Part shown: positions 23,476 through 39,000 of the stretch, piece after piece
Layout of the letters: each line of letters begins with the position of its first letter
Numbering within the stretch: position 1 is the stretch's first letter
DNA from: Eledone cirrhosa
Lineage: Eukaryota
Reading direction: 5' to 3'
Assembly: GCA_964016885.1 (NCBI GenBank)
Contig: OZ024742.1
Location: 346,952,001 to 347,016,000, forward strand
DNA: 64,000 bases
Notes under the pieces: generated by a model
Told to the model about the DNA's origin: nothing
The model's database searches: none
The model's input: the letters and a program-made list of their open reading frames with translations, nothing else
Position numbers and translations under genes: made by a program

Positions 23476-23877
23476 TGTAGCAGTGAATGAAATGTATTTT
23501 CCTTCTGCGGCGGAATGGTGTTACGGAGGTAAGTTGGCTGAAGTGTGAGCCAATCGAAACATTCGGTGCACTAATTGGACTGTCCAGAACTACGTCACCA
23601 GGTGAGCGGAGGTAACCAAGAGAGACATTAGTCTACACGCACCTCTCTTATCGACAAGACCAGGCTACACTCATCGCTGCTAACAACATCTCCATCTTGC
23701 AATGAAGCGGACCAAACTACATCCTACACATGTAGATACGACCTGTACCTAATGTATCCGTTCAACATGTACGACTAATAAATAGAGTTACAACATCGAT
23801 AATGGATTTAGTCAATGTTCTAAATGCCTTCTGATTTCTATTATGTATACCAAGAATTGACCCTAAAACCCGTTATA
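23476..23877 (+). repeat. LTR 3 (shared)
   Basis: PPT-TG start; PBS follows. Confidence 0.85.
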
Positions 23878-24529
23878 AATGGTGACCCGAACGTTTAAGG
23901 ACATCAACACAGAAAAAAACCACATATTTCCGTTGCAACGAACACATCAACATTTCGCATCCCCCCCCCCCCCCCCCCCCCCAAAAAAAAACAAAGCCAC
24001 TCGCCTTTTCTCGGGGTATGTACGCGATTAGCTTGAGTCCTAATATGTATTTGATATATTGTCTTATTGTTACTAAATCTGCACATCACACCTTCACTTT
24101 CTAACATCACCGAACACATGCGTTAATACAAAAATCTTATTTTTTCCTCTCAATTTCTGATTGGGCGACGCTATAAAAAAAACAAAAAAAAAACAAAAAA
24201 AAAACTGTTGGCGCCGATAGCCAGTCAGAGCAAGATGGCCGACTTCCGTCTTCTTCAGCTGTTTTCCCGCCAAAATGACGGAGGCAACGCCATTTTGAAA
24301 AGTACACAAAAAGAAAAAAAAAAAAAAGAAAATAATAGGACAAAGATAAATCATAATTTTTTTTTTTAAAGCTTGACGTTTTTCCCTCCAACATTGTTTT
24401 TGATATATTTTTCTTTTTCTGTCTTTCACTCGGATTATATTTTTTCTTGGCCTGAATTTTCACTTTTGTCTCGGTGACAAGTGCAGAGTTGTCCTTTCTT
24501 TGCCCTTTGCTTTTACATCAGTATACACA

Positions 24530-25438
24530 ATGGGTAGCACTTCATTGCCACCGTTTACCGGTGACGTCACTGTCTGGTTCGCCCAGATAGAAGCACATTT
24601 CACAGCGAATAACATCACCAGTGACCACAGACAGTTAAATCTCCTGTTAAGCGCTTTTCCAGCGTCATTGACGTCGGTCGTCAAAGACTTAATTACAGAT
24701 CCTCGCCCTGGGGCCACCTATGAGAGCGTGAAGCTCGAAGTGTTGCGGCGGACCACATTGTCCGCAGAAAAAAAATTTCAGACGCTCGTCAATGACGAAC
24801 ATTTGGGTGATCGGACGCCCACACAACTACTGCGTCGGATGAGAGAGCTGGCGGAAGATGCCCCAGCTGACAGTGCCCTCCTTAGACAGCTTTTTGTCTC
24901 AAGGCTACCCCCCGGAGTTCAGGCGATCTTAGCGCCCATGATGGAGGCTGCTCCTGTCGACCAGCTAGCGGCTTCGGCCGACAGGGTTATGAGTGTCATC
25001 GGACACCCAGCCTCATTTGCCCCCTTCCAGGCACCTCAGCCACCGGCTGCGGTCAATCCGTTCTCTCCTGCCTCCTTCCAGGCACCCCAGCCACCGGCTG
25101 CGGTCAATCCGTTCGCTCCTGTCTCCTTCAATGCATCCCAGCCGCCGACTGCGGTCGCTTCCTTCACTCCAGCGGCTGCCAGTTATACCGACCAGTCACT
25201 TGCAAATGCAGCAATGCTGCAAGCAATAGAGCAGCTAACCAAGGAAGTGAGAAAACTAAGCACTCACAGGGCTCATTCGCCCAGACGCCGTTTCCAGAGC
25301 CGTTCACCCTCGCCACGACGCCGTCACACAGGCAGTTCAGGTTTGTGTTACTACCACAGCCGTTTTGGCGCAGCAGCACGCTCCTGTAAACAGCCTTGTA
25401 CATTTTCGGACCAGGGAAACAGATTTCAGGAGACCTGA
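24530..25438 (+). CDS. gag: Gag, copy 3
   Basis: As copy 1. Confidence 0.9.
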   Translation: MGSTSLPPFTGDVTVWFAQIEAHFTANNITSDHRQLNLLLSAFPASLTSVVKDLITDPRPGATYESVKLEVLRRTTLSAEKKFQTLVNDEHLGDRTPTQLLRRMRELAEDAPADSALLRQLFVSRLPPGVQAILAPMMEAAPVDQLAASADRVMSVIGHPASFAPFQAPQPPAAVNPFSPASFQAPQPPAAVNPFAPVSFNASQPPTAVASFTPAAASYTDQSLANAAMLQAIEQLTKEVRKLSTHRAHSPRRRFQSRSPSPRRRHTGSSGLCYYHSRFGAAARSCKQPCTFSDQGNRFQET

Positions 25439-28400
25439 GCACGGCACAGTCTCCTCTGACCCTCCCTAATAACCGTGTGTTTTTCATCACAGACACTGAG
25501 TCGCAAGCACGTTGTCTGATCGACACCGGCGCGGCTTGTAGCATTTGGCCGCTAAAACTTCTCAAAGAGAAGCCCCAACTCTCAACCGTCTCTCTGCAAG
25601 CAGTAAACCAGTCACCGATCCCCACGTACGGTCAGATTTCTCGTTCTTTGAACCTGGAATTGCGTAGAGATTTCACGTGGATCTTCACTGTTGCTGATCT
25701 GCCTTACCCCATCCTAGGCTCAGATTTCCTGCACCACTATAACTTGATAGTGGATATGCGCAGACGCCGGTTGTTGGATGCCAACACAGAACTGTCTGTG
25801 CCGGGTACCAGATCGACTGTCTCGTCGGTCAGCCCGGTCTTCTTTATCGCTGCTACAGAAAATCCTTACCAATCACTTTTGCATTCCTTCCCGGAATTAA
25901 CAAATTTGAATTTTGTGATGAGTGAGCCTACTCACTCCACCAAGCACCACATTGAAACATCCGGAGCTCCTGTGTTTTCGCGCCCTCGCCGTCTCTCTGC
26001 TGAGAAACTGAAGGCCGCAAAGGCTGAATTCAATCACATGCTGCAGCTCGGGATCATTCGCCCATCCTCAAGCCCGTGGGCCGCACCCTTGCATTTGGTA
26101 CCAAAGCGTTCCGGTGATTGGCGTCCCACTGGGGACTTTCGCCGGTTAAATGCAATGACGGTACCCGACCGCTACCCGATACCACACATACAGGATTTTG
26201 CATCTTCGCTGCATGGATGCAACATATTCTCCAAATTGGATTTGGTCAAAGCATACCACCAAATCCCGGTGAACCCGGCAGACATACCTAAAACTGCAGT
26301 AACAACTCCATTTGGAGCGTTTGAATTTTTGACCATGCCTTTCGGTTTGCGAAACGCAGCCAGCACGTTCCAACGATTTATGGATGAAGTTGTGCGCGAT
26401 TTAGACTTCGTGTACAACTACATCGACGACATTCTTGTGGCAAGTGCCTCACCTGAGGAACATGTCAATCACCTCCGTCTCCTGTTCGAGAGATTTCAAA
26501 AATACCAAGTGAGAATTAATCCGGCAAAATGTGTTTTCGGTGCTTCCTCACTTGTCTTCTTGGGCCATGTCATCAGCCCAGAAGGAATTTCGCCACTACC
26601 TGATAAAGTGAAAGCGGTACAAGACCTCCAACCACCCACTTCACTTCGTCAACTACGACATTTCCTTGGGCTACTGAACTATTACAGGCGCTTTATCCCA
26701 CACTGTGCGGATCTCCTGTCTCCTCTGTCCGACCTGTTACGTAACAGGAAAAAGAAGAACGATTCCATTTCATTGGACACGAATCAGCTAAAAGCCTTCG
26801 ACGAAGTGAAGCGGAAGCTTGCGGAGACATCACTGCTTGCACATCCTGTGTCTGGTGCCCAGTTTTCACTGGTTGTTGATGCATCAGGCACAGCTGTAGG
26901 TGCAGTACTGCAACAACATCACCAACAACAGTTACAACCTCTTGCCTACTTTTCTAAACAGCTGAAGCCTGCAGAAACACGGTATAGCACATTCGGCCGT
27001 GAACTCTTGGCTATGTACCTTGCAGTGAAACACTTTCGGCATTCACTGGAGGGTCGCCAATTTGTTATATACACTGACCACCGTCCGCTTACGTTCGCAC
27101 TGCGTTCTAAGCCGGACAAATATTCACCTCGCGAAACTCGCCACTTGGACTTCGTTTCGCAATTTACCAGCGATATCCGACCCATCTCTGGTGAACAGAA
27201 TGCGGCGGCAGATGCACTGTCTCGCCTCCCAATTAATTCCCTGTCATCGCCAGCGGAAATCGACCTCCAACGAATGGCCACAGAACAACCACCTCTGGAT
27301 ACTTTGGACCTCTCGTCTTCTGAATTTGCAACTGGCAAATTTGCATATCTGCCTGTGCCCACTTCGGACACACAGATTATCTGCGACACCTCGACAGATG
27401 CACCTCGCCCTCTAGTGCCAGTGACTCATCGTCGAGCAGTTTTCGACACCTTGCACGGTCTGGCACACCCTGGAATATCGACCACAGTGAAGCTCATTTC
27501 GGCTAGATTCTTCTGGCCTAATATGAGGCGTGACATCACTGCCTGGACACGTTCCTGCCTATCCTGCCAAAAGTCAAAGGTGCACAAACACATCCGCGCA
27601 CCCCTTGGAACTTTCAGCACTCCAGACGCTAGGTTCAGCCATGTCCATATAGATCTTGTCGGACCATGGCCGGTCAGCCGAGGATTTACATACCTCCTGA
27701 CCTGCATAGATCGCTTCACACGTTGGCCTGAGGCCATTCCTTTAAGTGACATTTCGGCGGAATCTGTGGCGCGAGCTCTAGTATCGGGTTGGATATCGCG
27801 TTACGGAGTTCCAGCCACTATCACCACTGACCGCGGTGGACAATTTGAGTCACACCTTTTCCGAGAGCTTTCAAGGATCCTGGGAATGCAACGCATTCGA
27901 ACGACCAGCTACCATCCAGCTTCTAACGGAATGATTGAACGCTTCCACCGCCAATTGAAAGCCGCACTGCGCGCTTATCCGGATCAGCAGCGGTGGAGCG
28001 AATATGTACCAATTGTCCTCCTGGGCTGTCGTGCAGCCATCAAGGAAGATCTAGGCTACTCCCCCGCCGAGTTGGTTTACGGAGTGCCTATATCTCTGCC
28101 TGGTCAGATGTTAGCTCCATTGGACCTACCAGCAACAGACCCAGCTCTGTATGTGAGCAGACTGCAATCATATTTCAGCAATCTTCCGCCTATGCACCCT
28201 CGCCAACAGACAATCAAATCTTCGGTCCCGAAAGACATTGCTTCATGGACCCACGTCTTTTTACGAAAGGACGCCGTGAGAGCTCCTCTCATGCCACCTT
28301 ATACCGGTCCCTATCGCGTGCTTGAGCGCACAGATAAGCTATTCACCTTAGACATTGGGGGTAAAAAAGAGACTGTGTCCATTGACAGGGTAAAACGGGC

Positions 28401-28575
28401 CTATACAGACACTCTCACACAAGAGCCCCATTTTCCCCCCACATACACCTGGCATCAGCCAAGCCACAATACACATATAACATCGCACACACCTACACCT
28501 ACATATGTCACCACCACACGTAGCGGTCGGCGAGTACATTGGCCCAAGAAGCTTTGCAAGACTCTTTATATATGA
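25396..28575 (+). CDS. pol: Pol, copy 3
   Basis: Intact; private F>L (25993) and H>P (27182). Confidence 0.95.
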   Translation: MYIFGPGKQISGDLSTAQSPLTLPNNRVFFITDTESQARCLIDTGAACSIWPLKLLKEKPQLSTVSLQAVNQSPIPTYGQISRSLNLELRRDFTWIFTVADLPYPILGSDFLHHYNLIVDMRRRRLLDANTELSVPGTRSTVSSVSPVFFIAATENPYQSLLHSFPELTNLNFVMSEPTHSTKHHIETSGAPVFSRPRRLSAEKLKAAKAEFNHMLQLGIIRPSSSPWAAPLHLVPKRSGDWRPTGDFRRLNAMTVPDRYPIPHIQDFASSLHGCNIFSKLDLVKAYHQIPVNPADIPKTAVTTPFGAFEFLTMPFGLRNAASTFQRFMDEVVRDLDFVYNYIDDILVASASPEEHVNHLRLLFERFQKYQVRINPAKCVFGASSLVFLGHVISPEGISPLPDKVKAVQDLQPPTSLRQLRHFLGLLNYYRRFIPHCADLLSPLSDLLRNRKKKNDSISLDTNQLKAFDEVKRKLAETSLLAHPVSGAQFSLVVDASGTAVGAVLQQHHQQQLQPLAYFSKQLKPAETRYSTFGRELLAMYLAVKHFRHSLEGRQFVIYTDHRPLTFALRSKPDKYSPRETRHLDFVSQFTSDIRPISGEQNAAADALSRLPINSLSSPAEIDLQRMATEQPPLDTLDLSSSEFATGKFAYLPVPTSDTQIICDTSTDAPRPLVPVTHRRAVFDTLHGLAHPGISTTVKLISARFFWPNMRRDITAWTRSCLSCQKSKVHKHIRAPLGTFSTPDARFSHVHIDLVGPWPVSRGFTYLLTCIDRFTRWPEAIPLSDISAESVARALVSGWISRYGVPATITTDRGGQFESHLFRELSRILGMQRIRTTSYHPASNGMIERFHRQLKAALRAYPDQQRWSEYVPIVLLGCRAAIKEDLGYSPAELVYGVPISLPGQMLAPLDLPATDPALYVSRLQSYFSNLPPMHPRQQTIKSSVPKDIASWTHVFLRKDAVRAPLMPPYTGPYRVLERTDKLFTLDIGGKKETVSIDRVKRAYTDTLTQEPHFPPTYTWHQPSHNTHITSHTPTPTYVTTTRSGRRVHWPKKLCKTLYI

Positions 28576-28797
28576 ACTATGTTATTTACAGCAATCTTCT
28601 TGGAGTTTGCTCCGCCCTTGTATTTGTATTAAATGTATGAACTAAGGTGAACATTACACTATTTCTGACTTTCCTGTAATATGAACATTTCTTTATCAGT
28701 GATATATTTTATTGTGTTTACTATTATATAGTACTTTTTCTTTCATTCAACTGCTACCCTTATTTCTCTGTCGGCTGTAAGCCTAAGCAGGGGGTGA

Positions 28798-29199
28798 TGT
28801 AGCAGTGAATGAAATGTATTTTCCTTCTGCGGCGGAATGGTGTTACGGAGGTAAGTTGGCTGAAGTGTGAGCCAATCGAAACATTCGGTGCACTAATTGG
28901 ACTGTCCAGAACTACGTCACCAGGTGAGCGGAGGTAACCAAGAGAGACATTAGTCTACACGCACCTCTCTTATCGACAAGACCAGGCTACACTCATCGCT
29001 GCTAACAACATCTCCATCTTGCAATGAAGCGGACCAAACTACATCCTACACATGTAGATACGACCTGTACCTAATGTATCCGTTCAACATGTACGACTAA
29101 TAAATAGAGTTACAACATCGATAATGGATTTAGTCAATGTTCTAAATGCCTTCTGATTTCTATTATGTATACCAAGAATTGACCCTAAAACCCGTTATA
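28798..29199 (+). repeat. LTR 4 (shared)
   Basis: PPT-TG start; PBS follows. Confidence 0.85.
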
Positions 29200-29846
29200 A
29201 ATGGTGACCCGAACGTTTAAGGACATCAACACAGAAAAAAACCACATATTTCCGTTGCAACGAACACATCAACATTTCGCATCCCCCCCCCCCCCCCCAA
29301 AAAAAAAACAAAGCCACTCGCCTTTTCTCGGGGTATGTACGCGATTAGCTTGAGTCCTAATATGTATTTGATATATTGTCTTATTGTTACTAAATCTGCA
29401 CATCACACCTTCACTTTCTAACATCACCGAACACATGCGTTAATACAAAAATCTTATTTTTTCCTCTCAATTTCTGATTGGGCGACGCTATAAAAAAAAC
29501 AAAAAAAAAACAAAAAAAAAACTGTTGGCGCCGATAGCCAGTCAGAGCAAGATGGCCGACTTCCGTCTTCTTCAGCTGTTTTCCCGCCAAAATGACGGAG
29601 GCAACGCCATTTTGAAAAGTACACAAAAAGAAAAAAAAAAAAAAGAAAATAATAGGACAAAGATAAATCATAATTTTTTTTTTTAAAGCTTGACGTTTTT
29701 CCCTCCAACATTGTTTTTGATATATTTTTCTTTTTCTGTCTTTCACTCGGATTATATTTTTTCTTGGCCTGAATTTTCACTTTTGTCTCGGTGACAAGTG
29801 CAGAGTTGTCCTTTCTTTGCCCTTTGCTTTTACATCAGTATACACA

Positions 29847-30755
29847 ATGGGTAGCACTTCATTGCCACCGTTTACCGGTGACGTCACTGTCTGGTTCGCC
29901 CAGATAGAAGCACATTTCACAGCGAATAACATCACCAGTGACCACAGACAGTTAAATCTCCTGTTAAGCGCTTTTCCAGCGTCATTGACGTCGGTCGTCA
30001 AAGACTTAATTACAGATCCTCGCCCTGGGGCCACCTATGAGAGCGTGAAGCTCGAAGTGTTGCGGCGGACCACATTGTCCGCAGAAAAAAAATTTCAGAC
30101 GCTCGTCAATGACGAACATTTGGGTGATCGGACGCCCACACAACTACTGCGTCGGATGAGAGAGCTGGCGGAAGATGCCCCAGCTGACAGTGCCCTCCTT
30201 AGACAGCTTTTTGTCTCAAGGCTACCCCCCGGAGTTCAGGCGATCTTAGCGCCCATGATGGAGGCTGCTCCTGTCGACCAGCTAGCGGCTTCGGCCGACA
30301 GGGTTATGAGTGTCATCGGACACCCAGCCTCATTTGCCCCCTTCCAGGCACCTCAGCCACCGGCTGCGGTCAATCCGTTCTCTCCTGCCTCCTTCCAGGC
30401 ACCCCAGCCACCGGCTGCGGTCAATCCGTTCGCTCCTGTCTCCTTCAATGCATCCCAGCCGCCGACTGCGGTCGCTTCCTTCACTCCAGCGGCTGCCAGT
30501 TATACCGACCAGTCACTTGCAAATGCAGCAATGCTGCAAGCAAAAGAGCAGCTAACCAATGAAGTGAGAAAACTAAGCACTCACAGGGCTCATTCGCCCA
30601 GACGCCGTTTCCAGAGCCGTTCACCCTCGCCACGACGCCGTCACACAGGCAGTTCAGGTTTGTGTTACTACCACAGCCGTTTTGGCGCAGCAGCACGCTC
30701 CTGTAAACAGCCTTGTACATTTTCGGACCAGGGAAACAGATTTCAGGAGACCTGA
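29847..30755 (+). CDS. gag: Gag, copy 4
   Basis: Same QAKEQLTNE variant as copy 2. Confidence 0.9.
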   Translation: MGSTSLPPFTGDVTVWFAQIEAHFTANNITSDHRQLNLLLSAFPASLTSVVKDLITDPRPGATYESVKLEVLRRTTLSAEKKFQTLVNDEHLGDRTPTQLLRRMRELAEDAPADSALLRQLFVSRLPPGVQAILAPMMEAAPVDQLAASADRVMSVIGHPASFAPFQAPQPPAAVNPFSPASFQAPQPPAAVNPFAPVSFNASQPPTAVASFTPAAASYTDQSLANAAMLQAKEQLTNEVRKLSTHRAHSPRRRFQSRSPSPRRRHTGSSGLCYYHSRFGAAARSCKQPCTFSDQGNRFQET

Positions 30756-33700
30756 GCACGGCACAGTCTCCTCTGACCCTCCCTAATAACCGTGTGTTTT
30801 TCATCACAGACACTGAGTCGCAAGCACGTTGTCTGATCGACACCGGCGCGGCTTGTAGCATTTGGCCGCTAAAACTTCTCAAAGAGAAGCCCCAACTCTC
30901 AACCGTCTCTCTGCAAGCAGTAAACCAGTCACCGATCCCCACGTACGGTCAGATTTCTCGTTCTTTGAACCTGGAATTGCGTAGAGATTTCACGTGGATC
31001 TTCACTGTTGCTGATCTGCCTTACCCCATCCTAGGCTCAGATTTCCTGCACCACTATAACTTGATAGTGGATATGCGCAGACGCCGGTTGTTGGATGCCA
31101 ACACAGAACTGTCTGTGCCGGGTACCAGATCGACTGTCTCGTCGGTCAGCCCGGTCTTCTTTATCGCTGCTACAGAAAATCCTTACCAATCACTTTTGCA
31201 TTCCTTCCCGGAATTAACAAATTTGAATTTTGTGATGAGTGAGCCTACTCACTCCACCAAGCACCACATTGAAACATCCGGAGCTCCTGTGTTTTCGCGC
31301 CCTCGCCGTTTCTCTGCTGAGAAACTGAAGGCCGCAAAGGCTGAATTCAATCACATGCTGCAGCTCGGGATCATTCGCCCATCCTCAAGCCCGTGGGCCG
31401 CACCCTTGCATTTGGTACCAAAGCGTTCCGGTGATTGGCGTCCCACTGGGGACTTTCGCCGGTTAAATGCAATGACGGTACCCGACCGCTACCCGATACC
31501 ACACATACAGGATTTTGCATCTTCGCTGCATGGATGCAACATATTCTCCAAATTGGATTTGGTCAAAGCATACCACCAAATCCCGGTGAACCCGGCAGAC
31601 ATACCTAAAACTGCAGTAACAACTCCATTTGGAGCGTTTGAATTTTTGACCATGCCTTTCGGTTTGCGAAACGCAGCCAGCACGTTCCAACGATTTATGG
31701 ATGAAGTTGTGCGCGATTTAGACTTCGTGTACAACTACATCGACGACATTCTTGTGGCAAGTGCCTCACCTGAGGAACATGTCAATCACCTCCGTCTCCT
31801 GTTCGAGAGATTTCAAAAATACCAAGTGAGAATTAATCCGGCAAAATGTGTTTTCGGTGCTTCCTCACTTGTCTTCTTGGGCCATGTCATCAGCCCAGAA
31901 GGAATTTCGCCACTACCTGATAAAGTGAAAGCGGTACAAGACCTCCAACCACCCACTTCACTTCGTCAACTACGACATTTCCTTGGGCTACTGAACTATT
32001 ACAGGCGCTTTATCCCACACTGTGCGGATCTCCTGTCTCCTCTGTCCGACCTGTTACGTAACAGGAAAAAGAAGAACGATTCCATTTCATTGGACACGAA
32101 TCAGCTAAAAGCCTTCGACGAAGTGAAGCGGAAGCTTGCGGAGACATCACTGCTTGCACATCCTGTGTCTGGTGCCCAGTTTTCACTGGTTGTTGATGCA
32201 TCAGGCACAGCTGTAGGTGCAGTACTGCAACAACATCACCAACAACAGTTACAACCTCTTGCCTACTTTTCTAAACAGCTGAAGCCTGCAGAAACACGGT
32301 ATAGCACATTCGGCCGTGAACTCTTGGCTATGTACCTTGCAGTGAAACACTTTCGGCATTCACTGGAGGGTCGCCAATTTGTTATATACACTGACCACCG
32401 TCCGCTTACGTTCGCACTGCGTTCTAAGCCGGACAAATATTCACCTCGCGAAACTCGCCACTTGGACTTCGTTTCGCAATTTACCAGCGATATCCGACAC
32501 ATCTCTGGTGAACAGAATGCGGCGGCAGATGCACTGTCTCGCCTCCCAATTAATTCCCTGTCATCGCCAGCGGAAATCGACCTCCAACGAATGGCCACAG
32601 AACAACCACCTCTGGATACTTTGGACCTCTCGTCTTCTGAATTTGCAACTGGCAAATTTGCATATCTGCCTGTGCCCACTTCGGACACACAGATTATCTG
32701 CGACACCTCGACAGATGCACCTCGCCCTCTAGTGCCAGTGACTCATCGTCGAGCAGTTTTCGACACCTTGCACGGTCTGGCACACCCTGGAATATCGACC
32801 ACAGTGAAGCTCATTTCGGCTAGATTCTTCTGGCCTAATATGAGGCGTGACATCACTGCCTGGACACGTTCCTGCCTATCCTGCCAAAAGTCAAAGGTGC
32901 ACAAACACATCCGCGCACCCCTTGGAACTTTCAGCACTCCAGACGCTAGGTTCAGCCATGTCCATATAGATCTTGTCGGACCATGGCCGGTCAGCCGAGG
33001 ATTTACATACCTCCTGACCTGCATAGATCGCTTCACACGTTGGCCTGAGGCCATTCCTTTAAGTGACATTTCGGCGGAATCTGTGGCGCGAGCTCTAGTA
33101 TCGGGTTGGATATCGCGTTACGGAGTTCCAGCCACTATCACCACTGACCGCGGTGGACAATTTGAGTCACACCTTTTCCGAGAGCTTTCAAGGATCCTGG
33201 GAATGCAACGCATTCGAACGACCAGCTACCATCCAGCTTCTAACGGAATGATTGAACGCTTCCACCGCCAATTGAAAGCCGCACTGCGCGCTTATCCGGA
33301 TCAGCAGCGGTGGAGCGAATATGTACCAATTGTCCTCCTGGGCTGTCGTGCAGCCATCAAGGAAGATCTAGGCTACTCCCCCGCCGAGTTGGTTTACGGA
33401 GTGCCTATATCTCTGCCTGGTCAGATGTTAGCTCCATTGGACCTACCAGCAACAGACCCAGCTCTGTATGTGAGCAGACTGCAATCATATTTCAGCAATC
33501 TTCCGCCTATGCACCCTCGCCAACAGACAATCAAATCTTCGGTCCCGAAAGACATTGCTTCATGGACCCACGTCTTTTTACGAAAGGACGCCGTGAGAGC
33601 TCCTCTCATGCCACCTTATACCGGTCCCTATCGCGTGCTTGAGCGCACAGATAAGCTATTCACCTTAGACATTGGGGGTAAAAAAGAGACTGTGTCCATT

Positions 33701-33892
33701 GACAGGGTAAAACGGGCCTATACAGACACTCTCACACAAGAGCCCCATTTTCCCCCCACATACACCTGGCATCAGCCAAGCCACAATACACATATAACAT
33801 CGCACACACCTACACCTACATATGTCACCACCACACGTAGCGGTCGGCGAGTACATTGGCCCAAGAAGCTTTGCAAGACTCTTTATATATGA
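30713..33892 (+). CDS. pol: Pol, copy 4
   Basis: Intact 1059-codon frame. Confidence 0.95.
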   Translation: MYIFGPGKQISGDLSTAQSPLTLPNNRVFFITDTESQARCLIDTGAACSIWPLKLLKEKPQLSTVSLQAVNQSPIPTYGQISRSLNLELRRDFTWIFTVADLPYPILGSDFLHHYNLIVDMRRRRLLDANTELSVPGTRSTVSSVSPVFFIAATENPYQSLLHSFPELTNLNFVMSEPTHSTKHHIETSGAPVFSRPRRFSAEKLKAAKAEFNHMLQLGIIRPSSSPWAAPLHLVPKRSGDWRPTGDFRRLNAMTVPDRYPIPHIQDFASSLHGCNIFSKLDLVKAYHQIPVNPADIPKTAVTTPFGAFEFLTMPFGLRNAASTFQRFMDEVVRDLDFVYNYIDDILVASASPEEHVNHLRLLFERFQKYQVRINPAKCVFGASSLVFLGHVISPEGISPLPDKVKAVQDLQPPTSLRQLRHFLGLLNYYRRFIPHCADLLSPLSDLLRNRKKKNDSISLDTNQLKAFDEVKRKLAETSLLAHPVSGAQFSLVVDASGTAVGAVLQQHHQQQLQPLAYFSKQLKPAETRYSTFGRELLAMYLAVKHFRHSLEGRQFVIYTDHRPLTFALRSKPDKYSPRETRHLDFVSQFTSDIRHISGEQNAAADALSRLPINSLSSPAEIDLQRMATEQPPLDTLDLSSSEFATGKFAYLPVPTSDTQIICDTSTDAPRPLVPVTHRRAVFDTLHGLAHPGISTTVKLISARFFWPNMRRDITAWTRSCLSCQKSKVHKHIRAPLGTFSTPDARFSHVHIDLVGPWPVSRGFTYLLTCIDRFTRWPEAIPLSDISAESVARALVSGWISRYGVPATITTDRGGQFESHLFRELSRILGMQRIRTTSYHPASNGMIERFHRQLKAALRAYPDQQRWSEYVPIVLLGCRAAIKEDLGYSPAELVYGVPISLPGQMLAPLDLPATDPALYVSRLQSYFSNLPPMHPRQQTIKSSVPKDIASWTHVFLRKDAVRAPLMPPYTGPYRVLERTDKLFTLDIGGKKETVSIDRVKRAYTDTLTQEPHFPPTYTWHQPSHNTHITSHTPTPTYVTTTRSGRRVHWPKKLCKTLYI

Positions 33893-34114
33893 ACTATGTT
33901 ATTTACAGCAATCTTCTTGGAGTTTGCTCCGCCCTTGTATTTGTATTAAATGTATGAACTAAGGTGAACATTACACTATTTCTGACTTTCCTGTAATATG
34001 AACATTTCTTTATCAGTGATATATTTTATTGTGTTTACTATTATATAGTACTTTTTCTTTCATTCAACTGCTACCCTTATTTCTCTGTCGGCTGTAAGCC
34101 TAAGCAGGGGGTGA

Positions 34115-34516
34115 TGTAGCAGTGAATGAAATGTATTTTCCTTCTGCGGCGGAATGGTGTTACGGAGGTAAGTTGGCTGAAGTGTGAGCCAATCGAAACC
34201 TTCGGTGCACTAATTGGACTGTCCAGAACTACGTCACCAGGTGAGCGGAGGTAACCAAGAGAGACATTAGTCTACACGCACCTCTCTTATCGACAAGACC
34301 AGGCTACACTCATCGCTGCTAACAACATCTCCATCTTGCAATGAAGCGGACCAAACTACATCCTACACATGTAGATACGACCTGTACCTAATGTATCCGT
34401 TCAACATGTACGACTAATAAATAGAGTTACAACATCGATAATGGATTTAGTCAATGTTCTAAATGCCTTCTGATTTCTATTATGTATACCAAGAATTGAC
34501 CCTAAAACCCGTTATA
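34115..34516 (+). repeat. LTR 5 (shared)
   Basis: PPT-TG start; PBS follows. Confidence 0.85.
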
Positions 34517-35157
34517 AATGGTGACCCGAACGTTTAAGGACATCAACACAGAAAAAAACCACATATTTCCGTTGCAACGAACACATCAACATTTCGCATC
34601 CCCCCCCCCCCCCCAAAAAAAAACAAAGCCACTCGCCTTTTCTCGGGGTATGTACGCGATTAGCTTGAGTCCTAATATGTATTTGATATATTGTCTTATT
34701 GTTACTAAATCTGCACATCACACCTTCACTAACATCACCGAACACATGCGTTAATACAAAAATCTTATTTTTTCCTCTCAATTTCTGATTGGGCGACGCT
34801 ATAAAAAAAACAAAAAAAAAACAAAAAAAAAACTGTTGGCGCCGATAGCCAGTCAGAGCAAGATGGCCGACTTCCGTCTTCTTCAGCTGTTTTCCCGCCA
34901 AAATGACGGAGGCAACGCCATTTTGAAAAGTACACAAAAAGAAAAAAAAAAAAAAGAAAATAATAGGACAAAGATAAATCATAATTTTTTTTTTTAAAGC
35001 TTGACGTTTTTCCCTCCAACATTGTTTTTGATATATTTTTCTTTTTCTGTCTTTCACTCGGATTATATTTTTTCTTGGCCTGAATTTTCACTTTTGTCTC
35101 GGTGACAAGTGCAGAGTTGTCCTTTCTTTGCCCTTTGCTTTTACATCAGTATACACA

Positions 35158-36066
35158 ATGGGTAGCACTTCATTGCCACCGTTTACCGGTGACGTCACTG
35201 TCTGGTTCGCCCAGATAGAAGCACATTTCACAGCGAATAACATCACCAGTGACCACAGACAGTTAAATCTCCTGTTAAGCGCTTTTCCAGCGTCATTGAC
35301 GTCGGTCGTCAAAGACTTAATTACAGATCCTCGCCCTGGGGCCACCTATGAGAGCGTGAAGCTCGAAGTGTTGCGGCGGACCACATTGTCCGCAGAAAAA
35401 AAATTTCAGACGCTCGTCAATGACGAACATTTGGGTGATCGGACGCCCACACAACTACTGCGTCGGATGAGAGAGCTGGCGGAAGATGCCCCAGCTGACA
35501 GTGCCCTCCTTAGACAGCTTTTTGTCTCAAGGCTACCCCCCGGAGTTCAGGCGATCTTAGCGCCCATGATGGAGGCTGCTCCTGTCGACCAGCTAGCGGC
35601 TTCGGCCGACAGGGTTATGAGTGTCATCGGACACCCAGCCTCATTTGCCCCCTTCCAGGCACCTCAGCCACCGGCTGCGGTCAATCCGTTCTCTCCTGCC
35701 TCCTTCCAGGCACCCCAGCCACCGGCTGCGGTCAATCCGTTCGCTCCTGTCTCCTTCAATGCATCCCAGCCGCCGACTGCGGTCGCTTCCTTCACTCCAG
35801 CGGCTGCCAGTTATACCGACCAGTCACTTGCAAATGCAGCAATGCTGCAAGCAATAGAGCAGCTAACCAAGGAAGTGAGAAAACTAAGCACTCACAGGGC
35901 TCATTCGCCCAGACGCCGTTTCCAGAGCCGTTCACCCTCGCCACGACGCCGTCACACAGGCAGTTCAGGTTTGTGTTACTACCACAGCCGTTTTGGCGCA
36001 GCAGCACGCTCCTGTAAACAGCCTTGTACATTTTCGGACCAGGGAAACAGATTTCAGGAGACCTGA
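35158..36066 (+). CDS. gag: Gag, copy 5
   Basis: As copy 1. Confidence 0.9.
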   Translation: MGSTSLPPFTGDVTVWFAQIEAHFTANNITSDHRQLNLLLSAFPASLTSVVKDLITDPRPGATYESVKLEVLRRTTLSAEKKFQTLVNDEHLGDRTPTQLLRRMRELAEDAPADSALLRQLFVSRLPPGVQAILAPMMEAAPVDQLAASADRVMSVIGHPASFAPFQAPQPPAAVNPFSPASFQAPQPPAAVNPFAPVSFNASQPPTAVASFTPAAASYTDQSLANAAMLQAIEQLTKEVRKLSTHRAHSPRRRFQSRSPSPRRRHTGSSGLCYYHSRFGAAARSCKQPCTFSDQGNRFQET

Positions 36067-39000
36067 GCACAGCACAGTCTCCTCTGACCCTCCCTAATAA
36101 CCGTGTGTTTTTCATCACAGACACTGAGTCGCAAGCACGTTGTCTGATCGACACCGGCGCGGCTTGTAGCATTTGGCCGCTAAAACTTCTCAAAGAGAAG
36201 CCCCAACTCTCAACCGTCTCTCTGCAAGCAGTAAACCAGTCACCGATCCCCACGTACGGTCAGATTTCTCGTTCTTTGAACCTGGAATTGCGTAGAGATT
36301 TCACGTGGATCTTCACTGTTGCTGATCTGCCTTACCCCATCCTAGGCTCAGATTTCCTGCACCACTATAACTTGATAGTGGATATGCGCAGACGCCGGTT
36401 GTTGGATGCCAACACAGAACTGTCTGTGCCGGGTACCAGATCGACTGTCTCGTCGGTCAGCCCGGTCTTCTTTATCGCTGCTACAGAAAATCCTTACCAA
36501 TCACTTTTGCATTCCTTCCCGGAATTAACAAATTTGAATTTTGTGATGAGTGAGCCTACTCACTCCACCAAGCACCACATTGAAACATCCGGAGCTCCTG
36601 TGTTTTCGCGCCCTCGCCGTTTCTCTGCTGAGAAACTGAAGGCCGCAAAGGCTGAATTCAATCACATGCTGCAGCTCGGGATCATTCGCCCATCCTCAAG
36701 CCCGTGGGCCGCACCCTTGCATTTGGTACCAAAGCGTTCCGGTGATTGGCGTCCCACTGGGGACTTTCGCCGGTTAAATGCAATGACGGTACCCGACCGC
36801 TACCCGATACCACACATACAGGATTTTGCATCTTCGCTGCATGGATGCAACATATTCTCCAAATTGGATTTGGTCAAAGCATACCACCAAATCCCGGTGA
36901 ACCCGGCAGACATACCTAAAACTGCAGTAACAACTCCATTTGGAGCGTTTGAATTTTTGACCATGCCTTTCGGTTTGCGAAACGCAGCCAGCACGTTCCA
37001 ACGATTTATGGATGAAGTTGTGCGCGATTTAGACTTCGTGTACAACTACATCGACGACATTCTTGTGGCAAGTGCCTCACCTGAGGAACATGTCAATCAC
37101 CTCCGTCTCCTGTTCGAGAGATTTCAAAAATACCAAGTGAGAATTAATCCGGCAAAATGTGTTTTCGGTGCTTCCTCACTTGTCTTCTTGGGCCATGTCA
37201 TCAGCCCAGAAGGAATTTCGCCACTACCTGATAAAGTGAAAGCGGTACAAGACCTCCAACCACCCACTTCACTTCGTCAACTACGACATTTCCTTGGGCT
37301 ACTGAACTATTACAGGCGCTTTATCCCACACTGTGCGGATCTCCTGTCTCCTCTGTCCGACCTGTTACGTAACAGGAAAAAGAAGAACGATTCCATTTCA
37401 TTGGACACGAATCAGCTAAAAGCCTTCGACGAAGTGAAGCGGAAGCTTGCGGAGACATCACTGCTTGCACATCCTGTGTCTGGTGCCCAGTTTTCACTGG
37501 TTGTTGATGCATCAGGCACAGCTGTAGGTGCAGTACTGCAACAACATCACCAACAACAGTTACAACCTCTTGCCTACTTTTCTAAACAGCTGAAGCCTGC
37601 AGAAACACGGTATAGCACATTCGGCCGTGAACTCTTGGCTATGTACCTTGCAGTGAAACACTTTCGGCATTCACTGGAGGGTCGCCAATTTGTTATATAC
37701 ACTGACCACCGTCCGCTTACGTTCGCACTGCGTTCTAAGCCGGACAAATATTCACCTCGCGAAACTCGCCACTTGGACTTCGTTTCGCAATTTACCAGCG
37801 ATATCCGACACATCTCTGGTGAACAGAATGCGGCGGCAGATGCACTGTCTCGCCTCCCAATTAATTCCCTGTCATCGCCAGCGGAAATCGACCTCCAACG
37901 AATGGCCACAGAACAACCACCTCTGGATACTTTGGACCTCTCGTCTTCTGAATTTGCAACTGGCAAATTTGCATATCTGCCTGTGCCCACTTCGGACACA
38001 CAGATTATCTGCGACACCTCGACAGATGCACCTCGCCCTCTAGTGCCAGTGACTCATCGTCGAGCAGTTTTCGACACCTTGCACGGTCTGGCACACCCTG
38101 GAATATCGACCACAGTGAAGCTCATTTCGGCTAGATTCTTCTGGCCTAATATGAGGCGTGACATCACTGCCTGGACACGTTCCTGCCTATCCTGCCAAAA
38201 GTCAAAGGTGCACAAACACATCCGCGCACCCCTTGGAACTTTCAGCACTCCAGACGCTAGGTTCAGCCATGTCCATATAGATCTTGTCGGACCATGGCCG
38301 GTCAGCCGAGGATTTACATACCTCCTGACCTGCATAGATCGCTTCACACGTTGGCCTGAGGCCATTCCTTTAAGTGACATTTCGGCGGAATCTGTGGCGC
38401 GAGCTCTAGTATCGGGTTGGATATCGCGTTACGGAGTTCCAGCCACTATCACCACTGACCGCGGTGGACAATTTGAGTCACACCTTTTCCGAGAGCTTTC
38501 AAGGATCCTGGGAATGCAACGCATTCGAACGACCAGCTACCATCCAGCTTCTAACGGAATGATTGAACGCTTCCACCGCCAATTGAAAGCCGCACTGCGC
38601 GCTTATCCGGATCAGCAGCGGTGGAGCGAATATGTACCAATTGTCCTCCTGGGCTGTCGTGCAGCCATCAAGGAAGATCTAGGCTACTCCCCCGCCGAGT
38701 TGGTTTACGGAGTGCCTATATCTCTGCCTGGTCAGATGTTAGCTCCATTGGACCTACCAGCAACAGACCCAGCTCTGTATGTGAGCAGACTGCAATCATA
38801 TTTCAGCAATCTTCCGCCTATGCACCCTCGCCAACAGACAATCAAATCTTCGGTCCCGAAAGACATTGCTTCATGGACCCACGTCTTTTTACGAAAGGAC
38901 GCCGTGAGAGCTCCTCTCATGCCACCTTATACCGGTCCCTATCGCGTGCTTGAGCGCACAGATAAGCTATTCACCTTAGACATTGGGGGTAAAAAAGAGA